Source of the DNA: a virus
Lineage: Duplodnaviria; Caudoviricetes
Virus record (IMG/VR): IMGVR_UViG_3300050161_000053
Coordinates: 1 to 29,008 of that record
Strand: one strand, 5' to 3'
Length of the DNA: 29,008 nt
Under the pieces are notes generated by a model. It had not been told where the DNA came from and made no database searches. It saw nothing but the letters and a program-made list of their open reading frames with translations. Positions 1 through 8,889 of the stretch are shown here, one piece after another. The position numbers and the translations under genes are program-made. The stretch's first letter is position 1. The number at the start of each line of letters is the position of its first letter.

Positions 1-2
1 AT

Positions 3-620
3 GTGGCTTCGTGCATCGTCGCCGGGGAGATCGCCCACGCGCTCGGCCTGCTCCTCTACGACACCCAGGCGATCCTGCGCTGGGTCATTGACAAGCAAAT
101 CCCGTTCATGCGTGGGGTGGTCAAGGAAGAATACCGCGACCCGCTCGCGATCCTGTCGGACTACATCGCGGAGAAGCACGGCAACATCGTCGTGGTCGAC
201 CGAGCCACCTCGATCGGCAACAACACCGCCGGGCAAGCTGTGGCGGCGGACACCGCCTTTGCGATCAACCGTCCCAACGGCGCGCTGCTCGGGCACTACG
301 ACCTCAAGTCGGGTGTACTCTACCTGCTGAAGCACGGCTTCAAGGATCACTGCAACCGGATCGGTGCCAGCTCGTCGCGGATCGTCGACGACCTCAACCA
401 GCCGCGCGCGGTGGGGGTCGAGCCTCCGGCCCGGGTCATCACCGAGCGGGCCATCCGGCGCACGCTAGGAGCGGGTACGGACCTCGCCAAGGGCCAGAGC
501 TGGTGCTTCGCGGTGGACATGCGCCACCCGGAGATGTCGGGCTCCACACCGCTCGTGACGGTATCGAACGTCACCCCCCAGACCAGCGCCCCCGCTGGCA
601 ACCTGAAAGCAGTAACATAA
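3..620 (+). CDS. C-terminal part of a probable DUF927-family replication helicase/primase-helicase (5'-truncated by the window edge)
   Basis: Open frame from the window start with strongly GC3-biased codons. The segments DPLAILSDYIAEK, LLGHYDLKSGVLYL..FKDHC and RRTLGAGT resemble the C-terminal region of phage DUF927 proteins (recognition only). Confidence 0.6.
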   Translation: MASCIVAGEIAHALGLLLYDTQAILRWVIDKQIPFMRGVVKEEYRDPLAILSDYIAEKHGNIVVVDRATSIGNNTAGQAVAADTAFAINRPNGALLGHYDLKSGVLYLLKHGFKDHCNRIGASSSRIVDDLNQPRAVGVEPPARVITERAIRRTLGAGTDLAKGQSWCFAVDMRHPEMSGSTPLVTVSNVTPQTSAPAGNLKAVT

Positions 621-850
621 TGGCGCGCAAAGCGGTTCCCACACGCGAGGAGCAGGATGTTCGTCGAGACGCTGCGTATGCGCGTGGCTGGGTCGACAGC
701 CTCACCGCCTACGACCGAACGTCACAGCAGCCAACCGACGACGTCTACTACTATCGCCAAGGCTGGGACGCTTGCGCAGATTACCGGTGGGCCGACCCTA
801 CGAATCGAGGCCGCGCTCCAGACCCTAATTATAGAAAGCCCCGCACATGA
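620..850 (+). CDS. Small hypothetical protein (76 aa) with an Rmf/CrpP-like AY..GW...Y..GW pattern
   Basis: ATG at 620 overlaps the upstream TAA (TAATG coupling); its TGA overlaps the next ATG (ATGA). The ORF-track start at 503 lies inside the upstream gene. Confidence 0.7.
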   Translation: MARKAVPTREEQDVRRDAAYARGWVDSLTAYDRTSQQPTDDVYYYRQGWDACADYRWADPTNRGRAPDPNYRKPRT

Positions 851-1080
851 CCCACGCCGAACAGATTACCGCCTGGCACGCCGACAAGCCCGAGTGGGCT
901 GCATCTATGACCGCGCGCGACTGGTCGATCGCCGAGCTGATCGCCGAACACCTCGACGTCGAGGCGCTGCCGGAGCCTGAGAGCTGTATGGTGGCCACCG
1001 AGCAGACCGGAGGCATCTACTACTGCACACGCCAGAAAGGCCACGAGGGGGCTTGCGCAGCGCATCTGATGGACGGTTAG
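847..1080 (+). CDS. Small hypothetical protein (77 aa) with a C-terminal Cys/His motif, possibly Zn-binding
   Basis: ATGA coupling with the upstream gene; motif C-x12-CTRQKGHEGAC. Confidence 0.7.
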   Translation: MTHAEQITAWHADKPEWAASMTARDWSIAELIAEHLDVEALPEPESCMVATEQTGGIYYCTRQKGHEGACAAHLMDG

Positions 1081-1550
1081 AACCCGTTGACGTAGTCAAG
1101 GCCAGCAGCGTTGAGACCGCTCCGATCTTGATTGTAGTCCTGCAGCCGCGGCGCTCGGAAGCGCGTAGGTGTGATACTTCCCAGCGAGTAGTTGGGACCT
1201 AGTACACCGCGCAACGATCCGAGGGTCTGGTTCGCAGGGTCGTTGTCCTGCTTGATCCCTCGTGTCTCCTCATCTGTCTTGCGTGTACCTGCCTGCGTGG
1301 CGGCGATGTTGGCCTGCGCCTGCGGCCCATAAAACGTGTTCTGTGTGTTCGTGAACCGTGTATCCGCACCCAGTTTCGCCACCTGCGCGGCGCTCTCCCC
1401 CGGGAGAAGATTTGTCTTGGTGTTATCCAACCGCGCCGCCGCTGCACCTGTAAGCGCGTTGGTAGCAGCATTTTGCGTCGTCGCGTCGGCCTGCTGTTGT
1501 AGCTGCGCGTACTTGCGGTTCAAAAAGAAATTGAAATCGACCTCAGACAT
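1077..1550 (-). CDS. Hypothetical virion protein (157 aa), Ala/Thr/Gln-rich; possible ejection or pilot protein
   Basis: AAGGA RBS upstream; last gene of the structural arm; helical low-complexity repeats. Confidence 0.8.
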   Translation of the reverse strand: MSEVDFNFFLNRKYAQLQQQADATTQNAATNALTGAAAARLDNTKTNLLPGESAAQVAKLGADTRFTNTQNTFYGPQAQANIAATQAGTRKTDEETRGIKQDNDPANQTLGSLRGVLGPNYSLGSITPTRFRAPRLQDYNQDRSGLNAAGLDYVNGF

Positions 1551-1561
1551 GTCGTTATTCC

Positions 1562-3436
1562 TTACACACTAGCGCTGTAGTTGTAGTTGGTGCTGGTGCC
1601 TGTCGATGTTGAAGATGCTGTGCTGATCGAGTTCGACACACTCTCGCTCGCACTGTACCCCTCACTGCTCGACACAGACCCAGAGAAGTTCACAGCGTTG
1701 ATAGCTGCCGACCCGATCTGCGCGGATACCTGCGCCCCAGTCTTCGCAGCGTCAAGGGCCAGCGATCGTGTGGTGATATAAAGCTCCGCGTTAGCCTTAG
1801 CCGCATTGACCGCGATCTCGGACGTGCGCTGATTCTGGTCGAGCGCGACTTGCCACTGCTTGGTTAGCACCTCGTTGTACGCGGATGTGGCAGCCACCTG
1901 CGCCTTGTAGGCATCGGAGAGCACGCCGTTGGTCTGTGACAGCGCCTGGACGCGCGAACTTTCACCCTGCACCGCAGCGCGGTAACCATCATACTCCGCC
2001 GCCTTAGCGTCGATCCGGCCCTTATAGGCAGTGATGCGTGCCTCGATCTGGCGCGAGCTGGCGTTGACACGCGCTGTGAACGCCTCGACCTGCGACTGGT
2101 AGACCTGTTGCTTGGTCTGCTCGGCCTGTAGCGACGCGCGGAACCCCTCCACACCAGCGGTGTAGGCGTTGACCTGTGCGACGTACCCCCGCACCTGCTC
2201 GCCGAAGACCATGACTTTGGTCTTCTCGATCTCGGCCTTCGCCTGAATACCTGCGATCTGGGCCTCGTAGATTTTTATTGATGATAGGGCTGCGTCGATC
2301 TGCACGCGGTACTGCTCCACCAGTGCCTGATTGACGCGCGCCTTCGCCTCCTCAGCACTGATTTGAGCTTTGTAGGCCTCGACTTTTTGCGTCTCGGCGC
2401 GGACCTGAGCCTCATACACAACCACTTTCGCGCGGTACACATCGACCGTCGCAGCGAAGGCCTGCACTTTGGCGTTGTATATCTGGATACCTGCCTCGGT
2501 GGCGTATTTGGTTGCGTCGAACATCCGCTGCTCTACCGCGTTGGTGTAGTCTATGAGCTGGCCTTCGAGCTGAACCGCTGTGGTGAGGGCGTGCTTGACG
2601 TTGTCCAGCTGCAGCTCGGCCGACTTGATCATTACCTCGCGACTGTGGCCGCGCTCGGCGTAGTCGGTCTCGGTGATGATCTTCGTGCGCGCATCGATGT
2701 AGATACCCGGCGGCAACGCGTACCCCAGCGACTCCATCTGGTCGAGCTTCAGCAGCGCATCAGCAGCCGCCCGTGCCTCCCGTTCACGCCCGCGCTCCCA
2801 GATTTGCTGTTCGGCGGCACCAATGCCGGTCCCACCATTCTGGATGCGATCCTCCAGCGTGGCCTTCAGCGCTGCAAGCAGATTCGAGGTGTACTGGGCT
2901 CCTGGCACGTACTCGCGGATCGAAGGTGCTACCGCCACCAGCTCTGGCGCGGCCTCATTGAACGAAGGCAAGTTCATACCCTCGAAATTCGAGATCGTCA
3001 GCGTCAGCAGATTCGGTACTGCAGGCAGTGCGACTGTCAGCGTTGGGTCGTCAAACGCGAGGTTGATCGCTGGCGCGTCCGGGGTCGAACCTGTGAATGC
3101 TGTTGGTGCGGTGCCGTAGGTGATCTCAGGCGGGTTGTCGTCGAAGGCGCTGATCTCAAGGTCCGCAGTGTCGAGTATCTCGGTGAACGCAACCGGGAAG
3201 CCTGGAGAGGCCCACACAGGGGTTGTAAAGGTCGGCGGTGCTGGCACCTCGATCGTCGGCGCGATACCACCTGTCGGGAACTGCGGTGTGATTGAGGGTG
3301 CCTGCAGCGACAGCACCGAGCTGGCTAGTTGGTTGACGAAGTTATCGACAACCGTCACACGGCTCTGTGCGTAGGAAACGATCCCGGACGCTGAGTTGAG
3401 CAGTGTTGACGTCAGACCACTGGATGGTGCAGGCAT
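1562..3436 (-). CDS. Putative virion protein (624 aa): Pro/Thr-rich N-terminal region, long coiled coil, Ser-rich C-terminus
   Basis: GGAG RBS; long ORF; heptad pattern with Tyr/Phe from about 1840 to 2480. Confidence 0.85.
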   Translation of the reverse strand: MPAPSSGLTSTLLNSASGIVSYAQSRVTVVDNFVNQLASSVLSLQAPSITPQFPTGGIAPTIEVPAPPTFTTPVWASPGFPVAFTEILDTADLEISAFDDNPPEITYGTAPTAFTGSTPDAPAINLAFDDPTLTVALPAVPNLLTLTISNFEGMNLPSFNEAAPELVAVAPSIREYVPGAQYTSNLLAALKATLEDRIQNGGTGIGAAEQQIWERGREREARAAADALLKLDQMESLGYALPPGIYIDARTKIITETDYAERGHSREVMIKSAELQLDNVKHALTTAVQLEGQLIDYTNAVEQRMFDATKYATEAGIQIYNAKVQAFAATVDVYRAKVVVYEAQVRAETQKVEAYKAQISAEEAKARVNQALVEQYRVQIDAALSSIKIYEAQIAGIQAKAEIEKTKVMVFGEQVRGYVAQVNAYTAGVEGFRASLQAEQTKQQVYQSQVEAFTARVNASSRQIEARITAYKGRIDAKAAEYDGYRAAVQGESSRVQALSQTNGVLSDAYKAQVAATSAYNEVLTKQWQVALDQNQRTSEIAVNAAKANAELYITTRSLALDAAKTGAQVSAQIGSAAINAVNFSGSVSSSEGYSASESVSNSISTASSTSTGTSTNYNYSASV

Positions 3437-3479
3437 TGGGTACTCCTACGACGCGACTTACTGTAAATGACGCAGCAGC

Positions 3480-5114
3480 TCAAGCGATCTCGATAGTGGC
3501 TGAACCGATACCGCCTGACAGCGGGGCAGTCCACTTTATCGTCGCGATTTTTGTCATCGCGGTTACAAGCTGTTCCCACGACGCGGAGTCAAGGAGCTCC
3601 CGCAGTAGCGGTGTCGGACCTGTGACGACCTTGATTCCTGATGCCTCACCAAGCTGATTTCCAAGCGCTGGGTTGGGTGTGCTCGATGGGGCTGTCGGAT
3701 CAGCCCCATCGCCCGTGTCCACCCAATCCGGCCGGGCAGCAAACGCCCATGTCGCGGATCGTGTTGCCGCAGCGACTACCGGCGGGTCGAATAGTGATGG
3801 CGGCACATCGTGCCCCGGCTCGAAATGACCGCCGATCTCATCAGGTACAAACACATCCGGCGCGTAATACAGCTGTGTCTCCTGCTCAGTCACCGTTGTG
3901 ACACCTATCGCGACAGGTGCCTCATCGATGTACTCCCGCAGTCGAAGCGTCCATCTGACAGGTTGGTGTGGCGTGTAGTTGAACGTGGGATCGTCGACGT
4001 CGAGAGTGCTCCCCTCCCCGTCGGGGTAGGCGTTAATCTTGGATATGTTGCATGTGGCGACATACACATCGATCTCGGTGGTCGGGTCAGCTGTGTCCCG
4101 CGGGCGTGCCGCGAAGCACTGACCTACAATGTTGGTCTTGGGGCTGGCAACAGTGAGTGCGCGGTCTACTGTTTGATCTGTTGTTCGCCCGCTTAAGGCT
4201 TTCAGCCGATCATCCTCGACGCGCGGCCCTGCTGACCGTGCAGAATAGCCGCCGTCATCTAGTGCGCCAACCTGCACTCCGACTACGTTAAGCACATCGA
4301 AATACTTGTAGGTGTTCCGCTCGTAGTACTTGCGAATGTCTGCGTCTGTTGGAGGTACCGGCAAGGCGGCACCGGGCACGGTCCAACCAAATTCCACTCG
4401 TATCAACGTCGCGGACCCTGTCCACACGGGGGCTCCATATACAAGTGTGAACGGGTCTATACTAACAGATGGCCCTAAGATATTCACCGGGCTTAGTAAC
4501 GCAGTACCCGCGACGGATGTGAGGTAAGGCCCAATGTACCCCGCCAACGAGCCATTCGCGCGGTAGTATTTCGATGCTGTGAGATATGTACCGTTCGCGT
4601 CCGCACCACCTGCCACAGCTGGGCTGGATGGTGAGAACACAGGGTCAGCGGACGCAAATAAAAATGTCCACGCTGATTCGGGAGGAAACGGGTCACCCGG
4701 AGTGCCGGGATCGGCCGGTGCAACTTCGACCTCCGTGTAGCTCGTCACGTCACCCGCGAGGTACAGCTCGTTTTCAAACAGCACGTCTATTGCCAGCACC
4801 ACATCATGCTTGTCTGGCTGGCGAGGGGTGCGTTGTTGCACCGCAGCAATTTGTTGTGGTGTCAGTCGAACGTCAAGCGACTCCAGTCCCTGGTTGTTCG
4901 TGTACCGGAGCTGCCCCCCACCCGCCAACTGCTTTATCCGCGCTCCGCCGGGAGCTTCCGGGATGTCAACAGCCTGCCGCGCGGCGTGGTAAAACTGTCC
5001 TAGCTCCCCCTGCATCTGCTCGTAAAGCATCCGCGCTTGCGGAGAATCTCCGTCCACACCCTCAAACCGCACCTTGAGTGGGATCGCCCCCAGCGCTTGC
5101 TGGCGCTTAGACAC
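3480..5114 (-). CDS. Putative tail or virion structural protein (about 544 aa)
   Basis: Long ORF in the structural arm. GTG at 5114 overlaps the end of the upstream gene and is preferred over the ORF-track start at 5174. Confidence 0.8.
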   Translation of the reverse strand: MSKRQQALGAIPLKVRFEGVDGDSPQARMLYEQMQGELGQFYHAARQAVDIPEAPGGARIKQLAGGGQLRYTNNQGLESLDVRLTPQQIAAVQQRTPRQPDKHDVVLAIDVLFENELYLAGDVTSYTEVEVAPADPGTPGDPFPPESAWTFLFASADPVFSPSSPAVAGGADANGTYLTASKYYRANGSLAGYIGPYLTSVAGTALLSPVNILGPSVSIDPFTLVYGAPVWTGSATLIRVEFGWTVPGAALPVPPTDADIRKYYERNTYKYFDVLNVVGVQVGALDDGGYSARSAGPRVEDDRLKALSGRTTDQTVDRALTVASPKTNIVGQCFAARPRDTADPTTEIDVYVATCNISKINAYPDGEGSTLDVDDPTFNYTPHQPVRWTLRLREYIDEAPVAIGVTTVTEQETQLYYAPDVFVPDEIGGHFEPGHDVPPSLFDPPVVAAATRSATWAFAARPDWVDTGDGADPTAPSSTPNPALGNQLGEASGIKVVTGPTPLLRELLDSASWEQLVTAMTKIATIKWTAPLSGGIGSATIEIA

Positions 5115-6318
5115 GGCGCTGCACCACAACAGGTACGAACTCAAGCGTATCGAGGTCGAAGTCCTGCCCTGCACTCACCAGCTCGAAAGCAAAGTACCGG
5201 GCTCTCTGCCCTTTACCCATATGCACCTTCGTCGACCGCATGCCCCGCGTGGTGGTGGTGTAGTTGTATGTGTTGCCATCCCCGGTAATAATCCGGAGAA
5301 TGAAGTCACCCTCACCCCTCGCAGCGATATAAGCAGCGGTCAACCGTGACAGGTTGGTCCCCCCAAACTGCATATAGCCACTCTTGATTCGCGCTATAAT
5401 GCTGGTACCTGCGTCGTCATCCCCTAACAGCTCGTAGATACCGTCCGGCGACGTCGCGATGTAGCGGTTACCCACCTGCGCGAAGCTGGTGAAATTGTAG
5501 TTCTGGTACTCGGTCACCGCGCCGTTGCGCGCGTTCATCACCCATGTGACGAGACTGCCATCTGGTGCAAGATACCCAGCAGCAATCTCCACCCCTTCGA
5601 TGACCGTCGGATTGAACAGCATCTGGATGATGTTCACAGCGTCGATGCCGACACCCTCAGCGACCGAGACGTGCAACAGCATCTGCGGGGAGATGACCGC
5701 CTCGACCCCTACTGTATCGGACAACACACCCAACGCCTTCTGACGCACGCCCAGCGCATCGCCGATACCGAGCCCCTCAACCACATCAGCACCAAAAAAA
5801 TTGGCGAGGCTACTGGCCAGGCGTAATGCCTGGATAAGCGTGAGATTATATTTGGCAGCACCAGTCAGCTGCGCCGCCAACTGTAACTCCTCGACGATGG
5901 TGGCTGCCCGCTGGACCTGCTCTACCGTAGCAATACCTATGCTGTCGGTCAGCAGTACGTCACGCACCGAGTAGAGTGTGCCGAACAAGCGCACCGCATC
6001 AACCAGCGACACGTTGGACACATAGTTGCCGAGCAGCGTCTCCGCGAAGCGCAGCCGCTCCAGCAGCAGCACCCCAAGCTGGTTTGCGAGCGTGGTGTTG
6101 ATGGCGACGTTTTCGCTCACCTCCACCACGTACCCCCGCACCTGCGCAAGAATATCTTCAAGTCGCACAGTGTCGAAGATCGACACCACCCGTCCCGGTA
6201 AGACCGTCACACCTACACCCAGTGTTTCGATCAACTCCTCGTCGAGCACGTCACCACCCGTCCCGAACAGCGGGGCGGCGATCGGCCCGGCACCGATAGG
6301 GCCAGAACCGATCGTCAT
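5107..6318 (-). CDS. Putative tail/fibre protein (403 aa): 18-20-aa repeats followed by a globular beta-rich C-terminal domain
   Basis: ATG 3 nt after the upstream stop; periodic [D/E]-x-[VLI]-x-[VLI] motif; C-terminal domain from WVMN to RYFAFEL. Confidence 0.85.
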   Translation of the reverse strand: MTIGSGPIGAGPIAAPLFGTGGDVLDEELIETLGVGVTVLPGRVVSIFDTVRLEDILAQVRGYVVEVSENVAINTTLANQLGVLLLERLRFAETLLGNYVSNVSLVDAVRLFGTLYSVRDVLLTDSIGIATVEQVQRAATIVEELQLAAQLTGAAKYNLTLIQALRLASSLANFFGADVVEGLGIGDALGVRQKALGVLSDTVGVEAVISPQMLLHVSVAEGVGIDAVNIIQMLFNPTVIEGVEIAAGYLAPDGSLVTWVMNARNGAVTEYQNYNFTSFAQVGNRYIATSPDGIYELLGDDDAGTSIIARIKSGYMQFGGTNLSRLTAAYIAARGEGDFILRIITGDGNTYNYTTTTRGMRSTKVHMGKGQRARYFAFELVSAGQDFDLDTLEFVPVVVQRRV

Positions 6319-6321
6319 GGC

Positions 6322-6855
6322 TTACACCGAACTAGCGTTAAAGACGTAGGTCAGCAGCAACTGATCGTCGTCAGCCACAGTCTTCGCAGTCCCGAAGCGG
6401 TTGGCCGAGAACAGCACACCACTGGTCGCTGATTTCGCACTAGCTGAGACAAGGAACGCGCCGTAGATTGTCGTGGCGGCGTTGAACGTGAACGTGGCCT
6501 TGCTGGCAGCGTTGGTGATCGACCGCGACGCTGCTGCAGCTTCGTCGTATGCTTGTCGGGTAGTCTCGTCATAGGCTGTGCATTCGGTCGCCGCGACTGA
6601 GACAGCAGCTGCAGTCAGCGTAGCGACAGGGGTGTAGTTGCCTTCAAAAACGCCCAAATACCACGTGGTGACCTGTGTTGCACCGTGGAACAGTACGTCG
6701 AGAACATGGTTGAGCCCCTCGTTGACGACAAGGTTGTGATCTTCCCATTCGTCAATTACATGACCGTCGCGGACGATTTGCCCGATGAATTTACCTCCGA
6801 CCCGGATACCCTGTTCCGGCATCAGGATGTTGCCGGCACTCTGTGTGTAGTCCAT
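6322..6855 (-). CDS. Small beta-rich virion/fibre subunit (177 aa)
   Basis: AAGGGGG RBS before ATG at 6855. Motifs HNLVVNEGLN, WYLGVF, ATFTF, IYGAFL and GVLFS are typical of small phage fibre subunits. Confidence 0.85.
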   Translation of the reverse strand: MDYTQSAGNILMPEQGIRVGGKFIGQIVRDGHVIDEWEDHNLVVNEGLNHVLDVLFHGATQVTTWYLGVFEGNYTPVATLTAAAVSVAATECTAYDETTRQAYDEAAAASRSITNAASKATFTFNAATTIYGAFLVSASAKSATSGVLFSANRFGTAKTVADDDQLLLTYVFNASSV

Positions 6856-6856
6856 G

Positions 6857-7909
6857 TTACAGCCCCCTTTGCGATGCTCGGATGATTTCCGCATCCACGT
6901 AGTCTCCGATCCGCACGCTCGCGCCAGTCCCTCCAGCGCTGTCAGCTACGGCGATGTAGGCGTTAGCACCTTGGTCAGAGCGATACAATGCCGCAGCGCT
7001 GACCGCGCTTGGGAATACCACTCGGCTGCGTGTCAGGTTATATACCTGCCCCCCATCGAGGCCGACACAAATTCCGTCGCCGGTCATGAACACCGGGACT
7101 GTACCCTCCGGGATGTCGCCACCTTTCTTCACCTGCGGGTGAACATCGGCGGTCGGCGCGCGGACGGCCGAGCCTGGGACGACCGGCGCGTCGATGACGA
7201 TCGAGCGCTTCAGACCGTCGGAGTAGGTGCCTTGCAGGAAGAACAACTGCGCTGTTGTACCCACGTAAAGCCCGTCCTCGACTGCCCGCACCATTGTGAT
7301 GTCGTGCTCGAACTGAATAAAGCCCTTGGTCCGGTCGACCAGATCGTAGAGGAACAGCTCGGTTGCCCACAGCAGCTTCTCACTCGCGAGGTAGATGCGC
7401 CCCTTGTAGTGCTCGATCTCGGTGGCCATCGGCACCGCGCCGAGCAGCTGCCCGGAGATAGCACCCAGCGTCTCGGTCGGGCGCATAACAGGGGAGACCC
7501 AGCGCCCGTCTCCACCTGTCTGACCCCACGCCTGAGCCACACCCCCGACGATTTTGCCGGATACCGAGCGGGACCCGAAGTAGACCGTGTCGCCTACAGC
7601 TGTGTAACTGAGCTTCTCTGGACCCGCTTCGGTCAGCGCCTCAAATACGAAGTTCGTACCGAGCGTCCCAAGAACGCTATCCCGCACCACAAAGGTGCGC
7701 CCTGCGATTGTCTCGGCACTGTGGTAATTCGCTGTGTCACGCTTGATGTAGCCGCGGCGGCGGCGGACCTGACCCACATCGTCGATGTCGACGTTGACCG
7801 CAGATTCCAGCTCCCCCTCGCGGAGGCGCTCAGCAGCCACTGTGTTCTTGACCCCCGAAAAACTCCCGAGGATGACTGAGGCGGCCTCGGCAGGCGGCTG
7901 GCTGGCCAT
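6857..7909 (-). CDS. Putative podovirus tail protein (350 aa), beta-rich, possibly tail nozzle/stabilisation type
   Basis: TAATG coupling at 7909. The N-terminal FSGVKN..AVNVDIDDVGQVRRRRGY pattern is typical of podovirus tail nozzle-like proteins. Confidence 0.75.
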   Translation of the reverse strand: MASQPPAEAASVILGSFSGVKNTVAAERLREGELESAVNVDIDDVGQVRRRRGYIKRDTANYHSAETIAGRTFVVRDSVLGTLGTNFVFEALTEAGPEKLSYTAVGDTVYFGSRSVSGKIVGGVAQAWGQTGGDGRWVSPVMRPTETLGAISGQLLGAVPMATEIEHYKGRIYLASEKLLWATELFLYDLVDRTKGFIQFEHDITMVRAVEDGLYVGTTAQLFFLQGTYSDGLKRSIVIDAPVVPGSAVRAPTADVHPQVKKGGDIPEGTVPVFMTGDGICVGLDGGQVYNLTRSRVVFPSAVSAAALYRSDQGANAYIAVADSAGGTGASVRIGDYVDAEIIRASQRGL

Positions 7910-8886
7910 TACGCTATCAGCTCCATCGCAAACCAACTACCCGCTGCTACAACATCAACCGCGGAGTCCTCGGTCTGGAGCAGCAGCTCGAAGTAATCTC
8001 CCGGTGCCACAGCAATCGTTGCGGTCCCGCAGTTGAGCGACGCTGTGGTTTTACCTGTCTCTACAGTCGTACTGGCTTGACCGTCGAACGCAGCACCGTT
8101 TTTCTGTGTGTATAGCGAGGCCCATGTGTCCGCAGCGATACTGACGACCTCGACGTTGGCGCGTAGGCGTACCTGCGCAATACCTAACGGAACTGTCAGG
8201 CGTGTCGGGTTGGTGCTGGTATTGTGAATGTCGTCAGAGTCATAAACTTCTGCGCCCCACACCACAGCTGTGGCGGTGGTGTAGTCGGCACCTGTCTGGT
8301 CAGCTGTTTTTTTCACCAACGCGCCGCGCTGCTCCGCGGGAAGGCTAAGTTCGCGCAGTGTGTCTCCAAGTATCACCACCGCTATGTGTTTGGTGCCCGC
8401 GGCAAAGTTCACAGGCGTCGCTGTGCTACCGTCTATCGGGGACGTCCGCTCTACGACCCCGGCGTTCCAGGTGCCCCGACCAGTTTCCCAGTCCCCGCTT
8501 GGAGCGCCTCGACCGTCAACCGCGTAGATGAGGTACGGTATCAGGTCTCCATCGGTGAGCGCGGCGCTGAGCGCTTGGTAGCCCGGAATCGTACCGCTAG
8601 GTGTAACATCGCCGACCCCGATTGTCGTCGTGGTCTGCATCACTCGATCCGCGAATACTAGGCCCACAGCTGAACTCCCACCTGTTGTTTCCCCGACGAA
8701 CGAGCCAGCGGCGGCGGCTGTACCAGCCACCACCCCGGCCTTGATCGCGACAGCTGCTGCGGTCAACGCGCCTGTTGCCGCACCTGTCAGCGCGCCGGAG
8801 TCTCCGCCGCCGCCGCCGCCGCCGAAGTCGATGTCTGCGCCACCGACCAGGACGGTATTACCGCCGATGACGAGTGTGTCTGCCAT
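7909..8886 (-). CDS. Tail fibre / receptor-binding protein (325 aa) with a C-terminal C1q/TNF-like domain
   Basis: N-terminal peptide, Gly7 linker, ADRVMQTTTT..WETGRGT..VNFAAGTK fibre domain, and a C-terminal beta domain (TNPTRLTVP..GDYFEL). Confidence 0.8.
   Translation of the reverse strand: MADTLVIGGNTVLVGGADIDFGGGGGGGDSGALTGAATGALTAAAVAIKAGVVAGTAAAAGSFVGETTGGSSAVGLVFADRVMQTTTTIGVGDVTPSGTIPGYQALSAALTDGDLIPYLIYAVDGRGAPSGDWETGRGTWNAGVVERTSPIDGSTATPVNFAAGTKHIAVVILGDTLRELSLPAEQRGALVKKTADQTGADYTTATAVVWGAEVYDSDDIHNTSTNPTRLTVPLGIAQVRLRANVEVVSIAADTWASLYTQKNGAAFDGQASTTVETGKTTASLNCGTATIAVAPGDYFELLLQTEDSAVDVVAAGSWFAMELIA
8803..8823 (-). repeat. (GGC)6GGA trinucleotide run encoding a Gly7 linker
   Basis: Directly visible ccg run on the plus strand, in frame in the 325-aa gene. 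Confidence 0.9.
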
Positions 8887-8889
8887 TGC

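Noticed and set aside
5794-5800. T-TTT-TTT slippery heptamer in the 403-aa gene
   Set aside because: A -1 shift hits TGA after two codons and I saw no stimulatory structure; there is no evidence of function.
8803-8823. GGC run as a phase-variation switch
   Set aside because: Trinucleotide slippage keeps the reading frame and would only change linker length.
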